Part shown: positions 31,347 to 41,727 of the stretch, piece after piece | Layout: each line of letters opens with the position of its first letter | Position numbering within the stretch: the stretch's first letter is position 1 | Assembly (NCBI GenBank): GCA_963701295.1 | Contig: OY969585.1 | Span: forward strand, 2,688,001 to 2,752,000 | Length of the DNA: 64,000 bases | Direction: 5' to 3' | From: Ignavibacteriota bacterium | GTDB taxonomy: Bacteria > Bacteroidota > Ignavibacteria > UBA10030 | Made by a program: the position numbers and the translations under genes | Notes under the pieces: generated by a model | The model's database searches: none | The model's input: only the letters and a program-made list of their open reading frames with translations | What the model was told of the DNA's origin: nothing

Positions 31347-32066
31347 CTAAAATAAACCTAATGAATATTCCCCTCCAAACCTGATACCACATAAAACAAG
31401 TCCATACAGAATTACAACGATAAGAATCGACTTCCAGAGAGAAATTTGATTCCCTACTTTGGTTCCAATGATCAATAGCATAAATGCCCAAAGTATCATT
31501 ACAGCGTTCAATCCAATAAGTACAATATAGGATATCGGTTTGATTGCCATCGGGTGTGGATTGAAGGTGAAGAAGTACATTCCAAATGTCATTAACTCGA
31601 TGGGTAATATAAGTACCAGAGATATAATAACTGGTGTCAAGGCATAACTTGTAATGCCCATAGAAGTGCGAAACGATGAATTTCCACTTAGTAACTTAGA
31701 CAACATCCAATGGAAAGAAGAAACAATCGGACATACTACGATGCCTAAAGGTATACCGATCAGCAATGCCCAGAAAATGAGAAGCAGCACATTTTCAAAT
31801 CGATCTCCTATTCTGAAATACCAAAATCCAGAAAATGCAACGCTTATTCCACATAACGCGTAAAGAAACAGGCCGTAATTTTTATGCTCTGCTATCATTA
31901 TTAGCCGAAACGCTTCTCGTGGATTTTCAATGATTCTCCAAAGCGTGTTAAACAAATCCAAATTGGGCACACGGTTCTGTAGAAAACCACCACATTTCTT
32001 GCAGATCGTGGCATATTTATCATTTTCTGTCTGACAAACTGTGCAAAGAATCATAGGATTCAACAC
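31347..32066 (-). CDS. zinc-ribbon + Yip1-like membrane protein
   Basis: CTVC..CKKCG N-terminus, P.EAF, five TM segments. Confidence 0.75.
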   Translation of the reverse strand: MLNPMILCTVCQTENDKYATICKKCGGFLQNRVPNLDLFNTLWRIIENPREAFRLIMIAEHKNYGLFLYALCGISVAFSGFWYFRIGDRFENVLLLIFWALLIGIPLGIVVCPIVSSFHWMLSKLLSGNSSFRTSMGITSYALTPVIISLVLILPIELMTFGMYFFTFNPHPMAIKPISYIVLIGLNAVMILWAFMLLIIGTKVGNQISLWKSILIVVILYGLVLCGIRFGGEYSLGLF

Positions 32067-32243
32067 TTATATTCTACTTTTTATCTATATCGAAGTTAGG
32101 AAGATTGTGCCACGGAAGCAACGCTTTTTTGAAAAGGATCGGAAGAAATTTTTCCCATCAAAGGATGCGAACAAATTTTCACATCGTCAGTTCCTTCTGA
32201 ATAGAATCATTCGCAGACAATTGCTTGGCTGGAATATTTTATG

Positions 32244-32300
32244 GGTTGTGAACTTGATTGGCTCTGCAAATTTAATCTTGAATGGTGTAATAATCGTCTT
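32244..32300 (-). pseudogene. N-terminal remnant of tryptophanase/beta-eliminating lyase
   Basis: KTIITPFKIKFAEPIKFTT resembles the EPF(K/R)IK.VEPI N-terminal motif (compare [15 protein letters not shown] of tpl in this window); no start codon. Confidence 0.5.
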
Positions 32301-32318
32301 TTCGAAAAATCCTTTTCC

Positions 32319-32780
32319 TCAGTTCTTTACCTTAAGCTCCCGAAGAAGACGCATAATTGGTCCCCAAGATTTATCAGTAAGGAGGTGATGATTCAAACGG
32401 CCTCGAATAAATCCATTTTTATCAATCACATATGTAATTTTCCGTAAACCAAGTCCACGTAGCCAAAATGCATGATAGTTTCTGCACACTTCCAGAGTCG
32501 GGTCAGAAGCGATTGGAAGAGTAAAGTTGTACAGCGCTAAAAGGTTTCGCAATTCATCAATATTCTTTGGACTGATCGTTACAACAATAGCGCCAAGCGT
32601 TTGTGCTTTTTGGAGATGCTGGAGAAAAATATATGTGTCTTGTGTTTCAGCGTTTGAAAGACCATCAGGAAAGAAAGAAATTACTACATTACTCTTGCCA
32701 TATAAATCTCGCAACCGAAATATTTCTCCGGTATTGAGCCTCAGTCTAAAATCTGGAGCTTTTGATCCAATAGCTAACAT
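32319..32780 (-). CDS. BCP/PrxQ-like peroxiredoxin fold lacking the catalytic Cys
   Basis: G.KAPDF, SD, TYVIDKNG; FFPDGLSNAET in place of FYPxxxTxxC. Confidence 0.8.
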   Translation of the reverse strand: MLAIGSKAPDFRLRLNTGEIFRLRDLYGKSNVVISFFPDGLSNAETQDTYIFLQHLQKAQTLGAIVVTISPKNIDELRNLLALYNFTLPIASDPTLEVCRNYHAFWLRGLGLRKITYVIDKNGFIRGRLNHHLLTDKSWGPIMRLLRELKVKN

Positions 32781-32812
32781 CGTAGTTTATAAGTAGAATG
32801 AATAATAAAAAT

Positions 32813-33337
32813 CTACTCTCTATCATATATAATCAACGAATAAACATCTTGCTCTTGCATGAGTTTCCTCCCTTGAAGGAAGGAGAGTTCAATGAGAAAG
32901 GATACTCCGACAATCTTTGCTTGAAGTTTTTCAACAAGCTTGATAGCAGCACACATCGTACCTCCTGTTGCTAACAAGTCATCGTGCAATAAAACACGCT
33001 CGCCTGGCTGGATGGCATCAACATGCATTTCAACGGAATCAGTTCCGTATTCTAAAGCGTATCGCTCTGTGATAACCTCAGCTGGAAGTTTTCCTTTCTT
33101 TCGTACCGGAACAAAACCCGCCCCTAAATTAACTGCCAATGCTGATCCTATGATAAAACCGCGAGATTCAATACAGACAACCTTGTCAATTTTTGAGTTG
33201 CGATATTTTTCGGAGAAAAGATCTACAGCTTTTTTTAACGCATCAGCGTTTTTCAAAAGCGTTGTAATATCACGAAAGACTATTCCCCTTCTCGGGAAGT
33301 CTGGAATACTGCGAATTGAGTCAGAAAGTTGATTCAT
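32813..33337 (-). CDS. apt: adenine phosphoribosyltransferase
   Basis: IPDFP, ESRGF, RKKGKLP, LEYG, DDLLATGGT. Confidence 0.96.
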   Translation of the reverse strand: MNQLSDSIRSIPDFPRRGIVFRDITTLLKNADALKKAVDLFSEKYRNSKIDKVVCIESRGFIIGSALAVNLGAGFVPVRKKGKLPAEVITERYALEYGTDSVEMHVDAIQPGERVLLHDDLLATGGTMCAAIKLVEKLQAKIVGVSFLIELSFLQGRKLMQEQDVYSLIIYDRE

Positions 33338-33354
33338 AGTCTCCAAAAAATGAA

Positions 33355-34137
33355 TTACCAATTAAAAGGTTTCGAATTTAAAAAAGCGTCAATACCTTTT
33401 TTACAATCATCGGTCATCCGAGTTAATGCATTGAGATGGGAGGCATATTCCAGTGCATCACTTGTTGCCATTCCATGCACACGAGCAAGTAATTCTTTGA
33501 TTAATCCCATAGAAGTGCCGCTATTACTGGTGATCAGGTCATTTGCAAGTTGTGCGCCTATTTTTTCCAATTCAATAGCTGGAACAACTTGGCTGATTAA
33601 TCCAAGATCAAAGGCCTCTTCAGCATTTATGATATTGCCTTGAAGTGCAAGTTCACGTGCACGGCCTTCACCAATACGACGCACTAAAAAGATCAATACA
33701 ATTGCCGGAATAAAACCAATTTGCGCTTCTGTATATCCGAATTTAGCAGTCTCACGGGCCGCTAGTATAAAATCGCATACAGTTGCCAGTCCACACCCTC
33801 CTGCAAGCGCGGTTCCTTGAACAAGAGCAATGACCGGTTTTCTTAATGTATAGATCTGTTGAAATAACTTCATGAGGTTTGTGGAATCCTGCAAATTCTG
33901 GCTGAAGTCATATTTTGAAATGCGTTGAAGATGTGATGGGTCAACACCTGAACAGAAGGAATCGCCTTCTGCACGCAGTATGACTGCATGAACTTGTGTG
34001 TCTCGTTGAGCCTGTATAAAAGCCTGTATCAGTTCAGATACCATCTGATCGTCAAGCGCATTATTTTTCTCGGGCCAGTTGAGTGTGATACAAGCAACTC
34101 GCTTTTGGACAGAGTATGTAACACGATAGAATTCCAA
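33355..34137 (-). CDS. enoyl-CoA hydratase family (methylglutaconyl-CoA hydratase-like)
   Basis: PEKNNAL, FCSG.D, AGGCGL, FGYTE; TTG start after AGGAGA. Confidence 0.88.
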   Translation of the reverse strand: MEFYRVTYSVQKRVACITLNWPEKNNALDDQMVSELIQAFIQAQRDTQVHAVILRAEGDSFCSGVDPSHLQRISKYDFSQNLQDSTNLMKLFQQIYTLRKPVIALVQGTALAGGCGLATVCDFILAARETAKFGYTEAQIGFIPAIVLIFLVRRIGEGRARELALQGNIINAEEAFDLGLISQVVPAIELEKIGAQLANDLITSNSGTSMGLIKELLARVHGMATSDALEYASHLNALTRMTDDCKKGIDAFLNSKPFNW

Positions 34138-34245
34138 TTGTCTCCTAGAATGCGTTGTGAAAGTAGCAAGAAGCGGACAGAAAAGCAAGGTTACAAATCA
34201 CAAAAATAGAACTTTGTCATATCTCAAAAGCAATCATTGGAGTGT

Positions 34246-34707
34246 TTATTTATTTGCTGTTATTTTTATATAGGTAGATTCTTTATGGGTTGAGAGTACA
34301 AGATTGGTTGAAGTTTTTTGTACTCCCTGCCAAGATTGAATTTTTGCCAATAATTTTTCCAATCCTTCTGTATTCTCTGTCCGCACCTTTAGCAAATGTG
34401 TGCCGTCTCCAGTAATCGCGTGACATTCCTGGATATCATCTGATTTGAGAATATGCTCGAGAAAGCCCGGGAAATGTTTTGAAGAATCAACCGTCACAAC
34501 AACAAATGCTGTGATATCTATTCCAAGTCTTTTGTGATCAAGACGTGTATAGTATCCCTGGACAATTCCTTCCTCTTCCAGTTTTCGTAATCGTTCGCTT
34601 ACGGCAGGAAGAGACAATCCGACTTTTTCTGCTAATTCGTTACGCTTCGTTCTGCCTTCTTGTTGCAGGATACTGAGCAATTCACAGTCTATTTTATCGA
34701 GCATCAT
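34246..34707 (-). CDS. Lrp/AsnC transcriptional regulator
   Basis: LDKID..L..EGR...ELAEKVGLS..ERLRKLEE; ECHAITG. Confidence 0.94.
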   Translation of the reverse strand: MMLDKIDCELLSILQQEGRTKRNELAEKVGLSLPAVSERLRKLEEEGIVQGYYTRLDHKRLGIDITAFVVVTVDSSKHFPGFLEHILKSDDIQECHAITGDGTHLLKVRTENTEGLEKLLAKIQSWQGVQKTSTNLVLSTHKESTYIKITANK

Positions 34708-34929
34708 GATTCATACCCTTCTTTCCTAAGGCATTCCTTAACTAAGACGATAATATATTAATAGCGGTCAAAAATTGACTTAGATATATTATAATTTACG
34801 TGAATAAGATGCAAGTGGCAATTCAAGAAACATAAAGATAGTGAGCACTTTGGGGTTAGGCAAAGCAGCCCTACTTTCTGATCGGTTGGAATGTTATAGG
34901 AAAAGATATGTTAAATTATGGAAATCAAT

Positions 34930-35598
34930 TTATTGCTGAGTCCTTTTCTTTGTTGCCGTTCGAAGTGATGAAATACCTGCTTGGATGGAATCTGCCTCAA
35001 AAATCGATGTTCCAGCAACAAGAACATTTGCCCCTACATCGATAACGTCTGCTGCTGTGTTTGGATCTATCCCTCCATCTACCTCCAAAAAAATTTCTTT
35101 TTTTGATAGGTTTATTATTTCTCGTATTTCTTGAATTTTTTCAAGAGAGTTCTGAATAAATTGCTGAGCACCAAAACCAGGTTCAACGGTCATTATAAGA
35201 ACAAGATCAATCAGTTTGACGATATTTTTAATAGTAGCGACCGGAGTCGCGGGATTGAGCGCAACTCCGGCTTTACTGCCGCTTTCTTTTATTGCGAGGA
35301 TCGTTCGGTACAAGTGCAAACACGACTCTTGATGTACCGTGATAATATCTGCACCTGCAGCACGAAAAGAACCAATAAATTTGTCCGCATCTTCAACCAT
35401 TAAATGTACATCTAACGGGAGTTTTGTATATTTCCGAATGGAACGAATAAGAGGTGGACCGAATGTGATATTAGGAACAAAATGTCCATCCATCACATCA
35501 AGATGAATCCAATCAGCCCCACCTTGTTCAACCTCAAAAATTTCTTTTGCAAGGTGACCAAAATCTGCGGCGAGTAATGAAGGTGCAATTCTTATCAT
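34930..35598 (-). CDS. rpe: ribulose-phosphate 3-epimerase
   Basis: APSLL, HLDVMDGHFVPN, MTVEPGFG, VDGG. Confidence 0.96.
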   Translation of the reverse strand: MIRIAPSLLAADFGHLAKEIFEVEQGGADWIHLDVMDGHFVPNITFGPPLIRSIRKYTKLPLDVHLMVEDADKFIGSFRAAGADIITVHQESCLHLYRTILAIKESGSKAGVALNPATPVATIKNIVKLIDLVLIMTVEPGFGAQQFIQNSLEKIQEIREIINLSKKEIFLEVDGGIDPNTAADVIDVGANVLVAGTSIFEADSIQAGISSLRTATKKRTQQ

Positions 35599-35602
35599 TC
35601 GT

Positions 35603-36364
35603 TCAATTCTCTGATTTCGTTTTCAATTCTGTTTTCTGTGCTACAAGAAGATCAATCACTGTTCCCAATTGCATAAGTACACCTGCATGAGGATTCTGTT
35701 CAAGAATCGTGTTTGGAAGTAAATCCAGGTTTATCTGGTATGTTATTTTACCAATTCGGAAACCTGTATTAGTGAGAACTTTTTCAGCTTCAATGAGAGT
35801 CTTTGATGAAACATCAGGCACTAAACGCAAGTCTGTCGATCGGCCTTGACTGACTATTATGTCAATTTGACTTCCACTTGTCACTTTTTTATTTGGCTGA
35901 ATTTCTTGCCGGATTATTGTATTGGGAAAGATATCTTCTGATGGTTCATAGGATATAGACCCAAGTTTAAGACCACATCGTTCGAGATTAAAAGCTGCTT
36001 CACGAATAGATTTGCCCCTTAAATTTGGAACATCAACGAGTTCTTCCCCACCACTAATGGTTAAATAAATACCTCTTCCATATTTTACTTTTGATTCAGC
36101 ATTGGGGTTTTGCACGATCACAGTGCCTATTTTATAACGTTTATCGGTTTTATACTCTGCTTCTTTGGGTTCAAGACCTATATCAAGAAGCTTTTTCTTC
36201 GCTTCTCCAATCGGTAGACCTATGACATCAGGTACTGTTGTTGTCTTTCCTCTTTGCACATAAAACGGCATAATGAAACTGTCTATGAGAACAATGAGAA
36301 TAAAGCAACTAACAACAATAATACCAAGAGGTTTTATTATTTTCTTAAGTTTCGTCGTTTTCAC
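35603..36364 (-). CDS. PASTA domain protein
   Basis: N-terminal TM plus three VP(D/N)..Q.P repeats. Confidence 0.9.
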   Translation of the reverse strand: MKTTKLKKIIKPLGIIVVSCFILIVLIDSFIMPFYVQRGKTTTVPDVIGLPIGEAKKKLLDIGLEPKEAEYKTDKRYKIGTVIVQNPNAESKVKYGRGIYLTISGGEELVDVPNLRGKSIREAAFNLERCGLKLGSISYEPSEDIFPNTIIRQEIQPNKKVTSGSQIDIIVSQGRSTDLRLVPDVSSKTLIEAEKVLTNTGFRIGKITYQINLDLLPNTILEQNPHAGVLMQLGTVIDLLVAQKTELKTKSEN

Positions 36365-36700
36365 ATATCGATCAATATTATTATGTCAAATATAAAGATT
36401 AATGGACTAAATTACAATGAACTTCCCCTTCTTGATTTTTTTAGGTTTGCCAATAACATGTAAAATGTAAAAATTGAATGGTATCTCAGTTGTTGGGAAA
36501 GTAACATTTCCTGTAGAAATTGATTCAAGATGACACAAATCTCAACATTGCACATGGATGTATTCATAAACTATAAAAAGGATTGCATGCGGCAGAATCG
36601 GAAATGCAATTCTTTTGGTTGCAACTTCCATATAGAATTATCTTCTTGTATATTGTGGTTAATCTTTTTAGAATAAGTCTTTTATGTCCATCATGCAACA

Positions 36701-36729
36701 TTGCTTCTCATTCTAATCTTCTCTATATT
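36701..36729 (+). promoter_or_regulatory. promoter of the cdd cluster
   Basis: TTGCTT-N17-TATATT. Confidence 0.5.
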
Positions 36730-36774
36730 TTTTCACAATTCTCGACAAAAATATAGTCTTCTATTGATAATACA

Positions 36775-37182
36775 ATGAAAAAAGAATATCGAGAACTTGC
36801 AGAAGCGGCTCAAAAAGCAAAACTCAATGCATATGCGCCTTTTTCGAAGTTTGGAGTCGGCGCTGCTCTTCTTACTGCTGATGATCAGATTTTCACAGGA
36901 TGCAATATTGAAAACAGCTCGTATGGCTTAACTATGTGCGCTGAACGTGTAGCAATCTTTAAGGCAATTTCTCAAGGTGCTTCGGAATTCAAGGCAATTG
37001 CACTTGTCTCAGATGATTCTGGTTTCACATTGCCTTGTGGTGCTTGCCGACAAGTATTATCCGACCTCACTGGTAATATCGATTTTGTTATGACGAATAG
37101 AAAAAAGCAATTCAAAATTATCAAACTTAACTCTCTTCTCCCCTTTGCTTTTACCAGAATTAACTTAAAGCAATCACCATAA
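36775..37182 (+). CDS. cdd: cytidine deaminase
   Basis: AYAPFS, GCNIEN, CAER, PCGACRQ. Confidence 0.96.
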   Translation: MKKEYRELAEAAQKAKLNAYAPFSKFGVGAALLTADDQIFTGCNIENSSYGLTMCAERVAIFKAISQGASEFKAIALVSDDSGFTLPCGACRQVLSDLTGNIDFVMTNRKKQFKIIKLNSLLPFAFTRINLKQSP

Positions 37183-37196
37183 ACTATTTTTTATAA

Positions 37197-37771
37197 ATGG
37201 ATATCTCAGCTCTACATAATGCTCCACGCAACACTGGCTCGATTGAAGTTGTTTGTGGTTGTATGTTTAGTGGAAAAACGGAAGAACTCATTCGTCGGCT
37301 ACGACGGGCACAAATTGCCAAACGGAAGTTGGCAATCTTTAAGCCAAAAATCGACACTTGATGCAGTGCGGAATATATCACAAACCATAGTGAACAATTG
37401 CTCGTTGCTCAAGTTGTGGAAAATGCGGTGAAATTTTGAATGTTGCAAATGACGCTTAAGTCGTAGGGATTGACGAAGGACAATTCTTTAAAGTAAAAAT
37501 TGTTGACCTATGCGATCATTTAGCCAATCAAGGAAAGCGAGTTATCGTTGCAGGTCTCGATCAAGATTATACTGAAAAACCCTTTGAACCAATACCACAA
37601 CTCCTTGCTATAAAAGAATATATAACCAAGACCTTAGCAATTTGTGTAGTATGTGGAAATCCCGCTGATCGGACACAGCGTATAGTCAATCAACACGAAA
37701 GAGTTATCGTTGGTGCAAGTGATATCTATGAAGCAAGGTGTCGATATTGTCATGAACCTCTTCAAGAATGA
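37197..37771 (+). pseudogene. tdk: thymidine kinase pseudogene
   Basis: [35 protein letters not shown]; stops at 37359 and 37457 plus a frameshift near 37435. Confidence 0.92.
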
Positions 37772-37789
37772 TTTGAGCTATTTCATTCA

Positions 37790-38638
37790 ATGACTGAATC
37801 TGTTTTGTTAAAAAAAAAAGAAGTCCTTGAAGCAATAAATTTCATTCGACAAGTTACCAATTTCCGACCTCGACTTGCATTGATTCTTGGGTCAGGTCTT
37901 AGTAATTTTATCGACAGAATCAACGCAATATCTACGATATGTTTTTCTGAAATCCCATATTATCCAGTTTCATCGGTTCAAAGTCATGCTGGAAAACTTA
38001 TTTTTGGATATTTGCAAAAAGACAACCTTCACTCAATGCCTTTACTTGTCTTTCAAGGTCGTGTTCATTTTTATGAGAGTGGGTCTATTGAACGAGTTGT
38101 TTTTCCAATAGCCTTCTCCCATCAACTCGGCATCAAGAAACTTATTATTACAAATGCAGCAGGTGGCATTAACAGTTGTTTCAATTCGGGTGATCTTATG
38201 CTAATTCAGGACATCCTTAATCTTGCAGTTATTCAGCTTCCCACAACACAAAACGTTTCAGTCTTGCCGAATCATAAATATCCAAATTATTTTGATATAG
38301 AAATGAAGCATAAAGTACTCCAATGTGCTTCACAAATCAAAATGCCATTGCAGCAAGGTACATACGGCTGGCTCAAGGGACCTTCCTATGAGACGCCAGC
38401 GGAGATCCAGATGCTCAAACGAATCGGTGTTGATGCAGTCGGTATGTCGACTGTTCCTGAAATATTTCTTGCACGCAGTCTAGGTATAAAAACCATTGGT
38501 ATTTCGCTCATTTCAAATTTAGCAGCTGGAATTTCTTCGGTAAAAATTTCTCATGCAGATGTAATGGAAATAGGGACTAAAGTAACCGGGCGTTTTTCCG
38601 AACTCATGGAGCAGCTTATTCTTTCTCTTAAGCAATAA
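37790..38638 (+). CDS. purine-nucleoside phosphorylase (trimeric type)
   Basis: ILGSGL, QGRVHFYE, TNAAGG, GPSYETPAE, GMSTVPE. Confidence 0.93.
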   Translation: MTESVLLKKKEVLEAINFIRQVTNFRPRLALILGSGLSNFIDRINAISTICFSEIPYYPVSSVQSHAGKLIFGYLQKDNLHSMPLLVFQGRVHFYESGSIERVVFPIAFSHQLGIKKLIITNAAGGINSCFNSGDLMLIQDILNLAVIQLPTTQNVSVLPNHKYPNYFDIEMKHKVLQCASQIKMPLQQGTYGWLKGPSYETPAEIQMLKRIGVDAVGMSTVPEIFLARSLGIKTIGISLISNLAAGISSVKISHADVMEIGTKVTGRFSELMEQLILSLKQ

Positions 38639-38668
38639 TATGATTATAATACTCACACTTTTTCGAAC

Positions 38669-40318
38669 ATGCCTATGAACTATATCTCTTATAATGAACT
38701 TCAATCCGACGAAACAGGTTTCTCTCGCCTGTTTGTTGACTATGTGAATAACTATCCTCGTGTCAAAGATTTTTTTGTCGGTGATTTTCGTGATGAGAAA
38801 CGTTGGCGATTGAGCCTTGAGACAGTCTCACATCGAACAATTGACAGATCATCACTTGTTCAGGTTCTTTTAAATCAGAACCGTGATTATCATTGCGGTG
38901 TCAAGACCTTAGCGAACATCGACCTTCTTCTTAACGAGAACACAGTCGCAATCATTACTGGTCAACAGGTCGGCCTTTTCAGCGGACCACTTTATGCGCT
39001 TTACAAGACACTTACTGCACTTAAGCTTGCTGAGCGTCTCACTCAGCAATATCCTGATTATAACTTTGTTCCTGTTTTTTGGTTGGAAGGTGAAGATCAT
39101 GATATCGAAGAAGTATCCTCTTTCACACTTTTGAATTCTTCAAACGAACTTCTTCGTCTCCACTATCAATATGAAGATAAGACAGGTGGAAAAAATATCG
39201 GCGCTGTCGGTGAATTGTATTTTGATGATTCGATTGTAACATTATTCGACAGTCTTCGCCAAGCGCTGCTGCCGACAGAATTTTCTCCAAAGGTAATCGA
39301 GTTGTTCGAAACAGCATATCAGAAAGGAATGACATTTAGCCGAGCATTTATTCATCTCTTCAGTGTTTTACTTGAAGATTCGGGATTGATATTTTTCGAT
39401 CCACATAATTTAGCAACAAAGAAAATTCTCACTCCAATATTTGAGCAAGAACTAAAAAATGTTTCCCGCACATGCCAATTTGTCGTTGCTCAAAGTGAGC
39501 TTGTGGAACAACAATATCATGCTCAGGTGAAACCTCGATCCGTTAATCTTTTTATGTTTCATAATGGCGGTAGATATGCTTTAGAGCCTCATCCCGAAGG
39601 ATTTTCTCTCAAAGGTACACGGAAAACATTTTCAGTAGATGAGGTAATTGGCTTTTTGCACACTGATCCGAATTTGTTTAGTCCCAATGTTGTTCTGCGG
39701 CCAATCTGCCAGGATTACCTTTTTCCAACATTGGCATATGTTGCAGGTCCATCCGAAGTTGCCTATTTCGCTCAGTTTAAGTTACTCTATGAACACTTTG
39801 GTATTTCTGAGCCAATTATCTACCCACGAGCTAGTGCGACCATCGTAGAAGAACGAATTCGGAAAGTGATCGAAAAATTTGCTCTTCGAATCGAAGATTT
39901 CTTTGGCGACATTGATCTTTTGAAGGGAAGAGTTGCAAATACGATCTCTGATTTCAAAGTGGAAGAATTGTTTTCAAATACATTCGGGACTGTATCAGAA
40001 AGCCTGACAAGTTTAAAAGGTGGTTTAGAATCGATAGACCCGACGCTCGTTCCTGTGTTGGAAAACACTCTTACTCGAATGCAATCAGCTCTCAATACCC
40101 TAAAAGAAAAGACTATTGCTGCACAAAAAAGACAACACGATATATCTCTGAGACAATTGGACAAGGTATCAACAAATTTATTTCCTCATGCAAATTTACA
40201 GGAAAGGGAAATGAACCTTATCTATTATTTGAATAAATATGGGTTAGAATTTTTGCGCTGGCTTCGAGGTGAGCTTGTTATTGACAAGTTTATGCATCAA
40301 ATCATTAACATAGAATAA
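38669..40318 (+). CDS. bshC: bacillithiol biosynthesis cysteine-adding enzyme
   Basis: ITGQQ..GP.Y..YK, W..GEDHD..E, SPNVVLRP, GPSE.AY..Q, QER. Confidence 0.95.
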   Translation: MPMNYISYNELQSDETGFSRLFVDYVNNYPRVKDFFVGDFRDEKRWRLSLETVSHRTIDRSSLVQVLLNQNRDYHCGVKTLANIDLLLNENTVAIITGQQVGLFSGPLYALYKTLTALKLAERLTQQYPDYNFVPVFWLEGEDHDIEEVSSFTLLNSSNELLRLHYQYEDKTGGKNIGAVGELYFDDSIVTLFDSLRQALLPTEFSPKVIELFETAYQKGMTFSRAFIHLFSVLLEDSGLIFFDPHNLATKKILTPIFEQELKNVSRTCQFVVAQSELVEQQYHAQVKPRSVNLFMFHNGGRYALEPHPEGFSLKGTRKTFSVDEVIGFLHTDPNLFSPNVVLRPICQDYLFPTLAYVAGPSEVAYFAQFKLLYEHFGISEPIIYPRASATIVEERIRKVIEKFALRIEDFFGDIDLLKGRVANTISDFKVEELFSNTFGTVSESLTSLKGGLESIDPTLVPVLENTLTRMQSALNTLKEKTIAAQKRQHDISLRQLDKVSTNLFPHANLQEREMNLIYYLNKYGLEFLRWLRGELVIDKFMHQIINIE

Positions 40319-40374
40319 AAACAGCGTTACTATGTAGCGTGCTGTTACTCCACATTCGGTTATTTTCGGAATAT

Positions 40375-41673
40375 CTACACTTTTGCAGATGCCAATAATT
40401 CTTTCCAAAATCCCGGGAAAGAAATATCAACACATTCCGTATCCTGGATTGTAACATTTTGAATCCGAATGCCAGCGATACCGAACGCCATTGCAATTCG
40501 ATGATCACCGTAACTAGGAAGTATGCTGCCAGTATATTTCTTCCTGCCTTCAAATGAAAAACCATCTTCGTACTCTTCTACTTCACACCCAAGCAAACGT
40601 AAATTATTGACTATTGCCGATATTCTATCTGTCTCTTTCATCCGCAGTTCTCGTGCATCGCAAATTCGAAAACTCCCTTCAGCAAAAAGTGCAGTCACAG
40701 AAAGAATCGGGATCTCATCGATGAGATCGACAACTTCTGCACCGTGAAGTTCAAGATTACTTTTCAATTCTGAATATCGAACAATAAGATCACCAATCGG
40801 CTCGCCCTCAATTATTCTTTCATTTTCGATCTGAATGCTACCACCCATTGTCCTAAATATATCTAAGATGCGTCTGCGAGTTGGATTGAGTCCAATATTT
40901 GGAATCCTGAGATTTGATCCAGGTATAATTAATCCCGCTGAAAGTAAAAATGAAGCTGCCGATATATCTCCTGGAATAAAGAATCGCTTTCCTTCTATTT
41001 TCACATCAGAATGCACATCAACTACAAATGAACCATTTTCGTACTTTGTCTGAAGACCGAGCATACGCTCTGTATGATCTCTTGTCTGCGTTTTCTCAAG
41101 GATAGACGTAGTATCATCGGCATAAAGACCAGCAAAAATGAGAGAAGATTTGACTTGTGCACTCGGTATTGGAAGAGTATAATGAATTGCGTGAAGTTTA
41201 TCAACTGGTTCAACTTTTATCGGAGCTGTATTTTTATCGGTTCCATGAATGTGCGCACCCATAAGTCGGAGAGGGTCCATAATCCTTTTCATTGGTCGTT
41301 GAGAGAGCGATGAATCACCCACGATGACAGAAGAGAAACGCTGACCTGCAAGAATTCCGGAAAGCAAGCGCATCGTGGTTCCAGAATTTCCTGCATCTAA
41401 AGGTGCGGATGGCATTTGCAAACCACGTCGACCATTTCCATAGATGACTATTTGCTTGCCAAGGTCTTCGATTTTCAGGCCAAGCTGCCTGATGCAAGAT
41501 AGCGTGCTCATCGGATCGGCTGCGCGTGAACAGAAACTTATTTCTGAAACACCATTAGCAATAGCTCCGATCATAAGAGCACGATGAGAAATAGATTTAT
41601 CGCCAGGAACATGCCTTGTTCCTTGAAGATGAGTGATTTGCGGTATGGAAAGATTCATAATAATAATCCTCAC
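40375..41673 (-). CDS. aroA: EPSP synthase
   Basis: PGDKSISHR, GNSGTT, SAQVKS, KETDRI, DHRIAM. Confidence 0.96.
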   Translation of the reverse strand: MRIIIMNLSIPQITHLQGTRHVPGDKSISHRALMIGAIANGVSEISFCSRAADPMSTLSCIRQLGLKIEDLGKQIVIYGNGRRGLQMPSAPLDAGNSGTTMRLLSGILAGQRFSSVIVGDSSLSQRPMKRIMDPLRLMGAHIHGTDKNTAPIKVEPVDKLHAIHYTLPIPSAQVKSSLIFAGLYADDTTSILEKTQTRDHTERMLGLQTKYENGSFVVDVHSDVKIEGKRFFIPGDISAASFLLSAGLIIPGSNLRIPNIGLNPTRRRILDIFRTMGGSIQIENERIIEGEPIGDLIVRYSELKSNLELHGAEVVDLIDEIPILSVTALFAEGSFRICDARELRMKETDRISAIVNNLRLLGCEVEEYEDGFSFEGRKKYTGSILPSYGDHRIAMAFGIAGIRIQNVTIQDTECVDISFPGFWKELLASAKV

Positions 41674-41727
41674 ACCGCGATTCTGTCTCTCGTGATGTAA
41701 GGATATGTATTCAATGAAGTTTAAAAA

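Noticed and set aside
32041-32388. 115-aa plus-strand ORF
   Set aside because: Overlaps both flanking minus-strand genes and the lyase scar; no family features
36365-36700. Possible decayed gene between the PASTA gene and cdd
   Set aside because: Only short broken frames; no motif I could assign
37197-37771. TGA recoding or selenocysteine in tdk and other in-frame stops
   Set aside because: Stops co-occur with TAA and frameshifts, and normal genes here end in TGA; this is mutational decay
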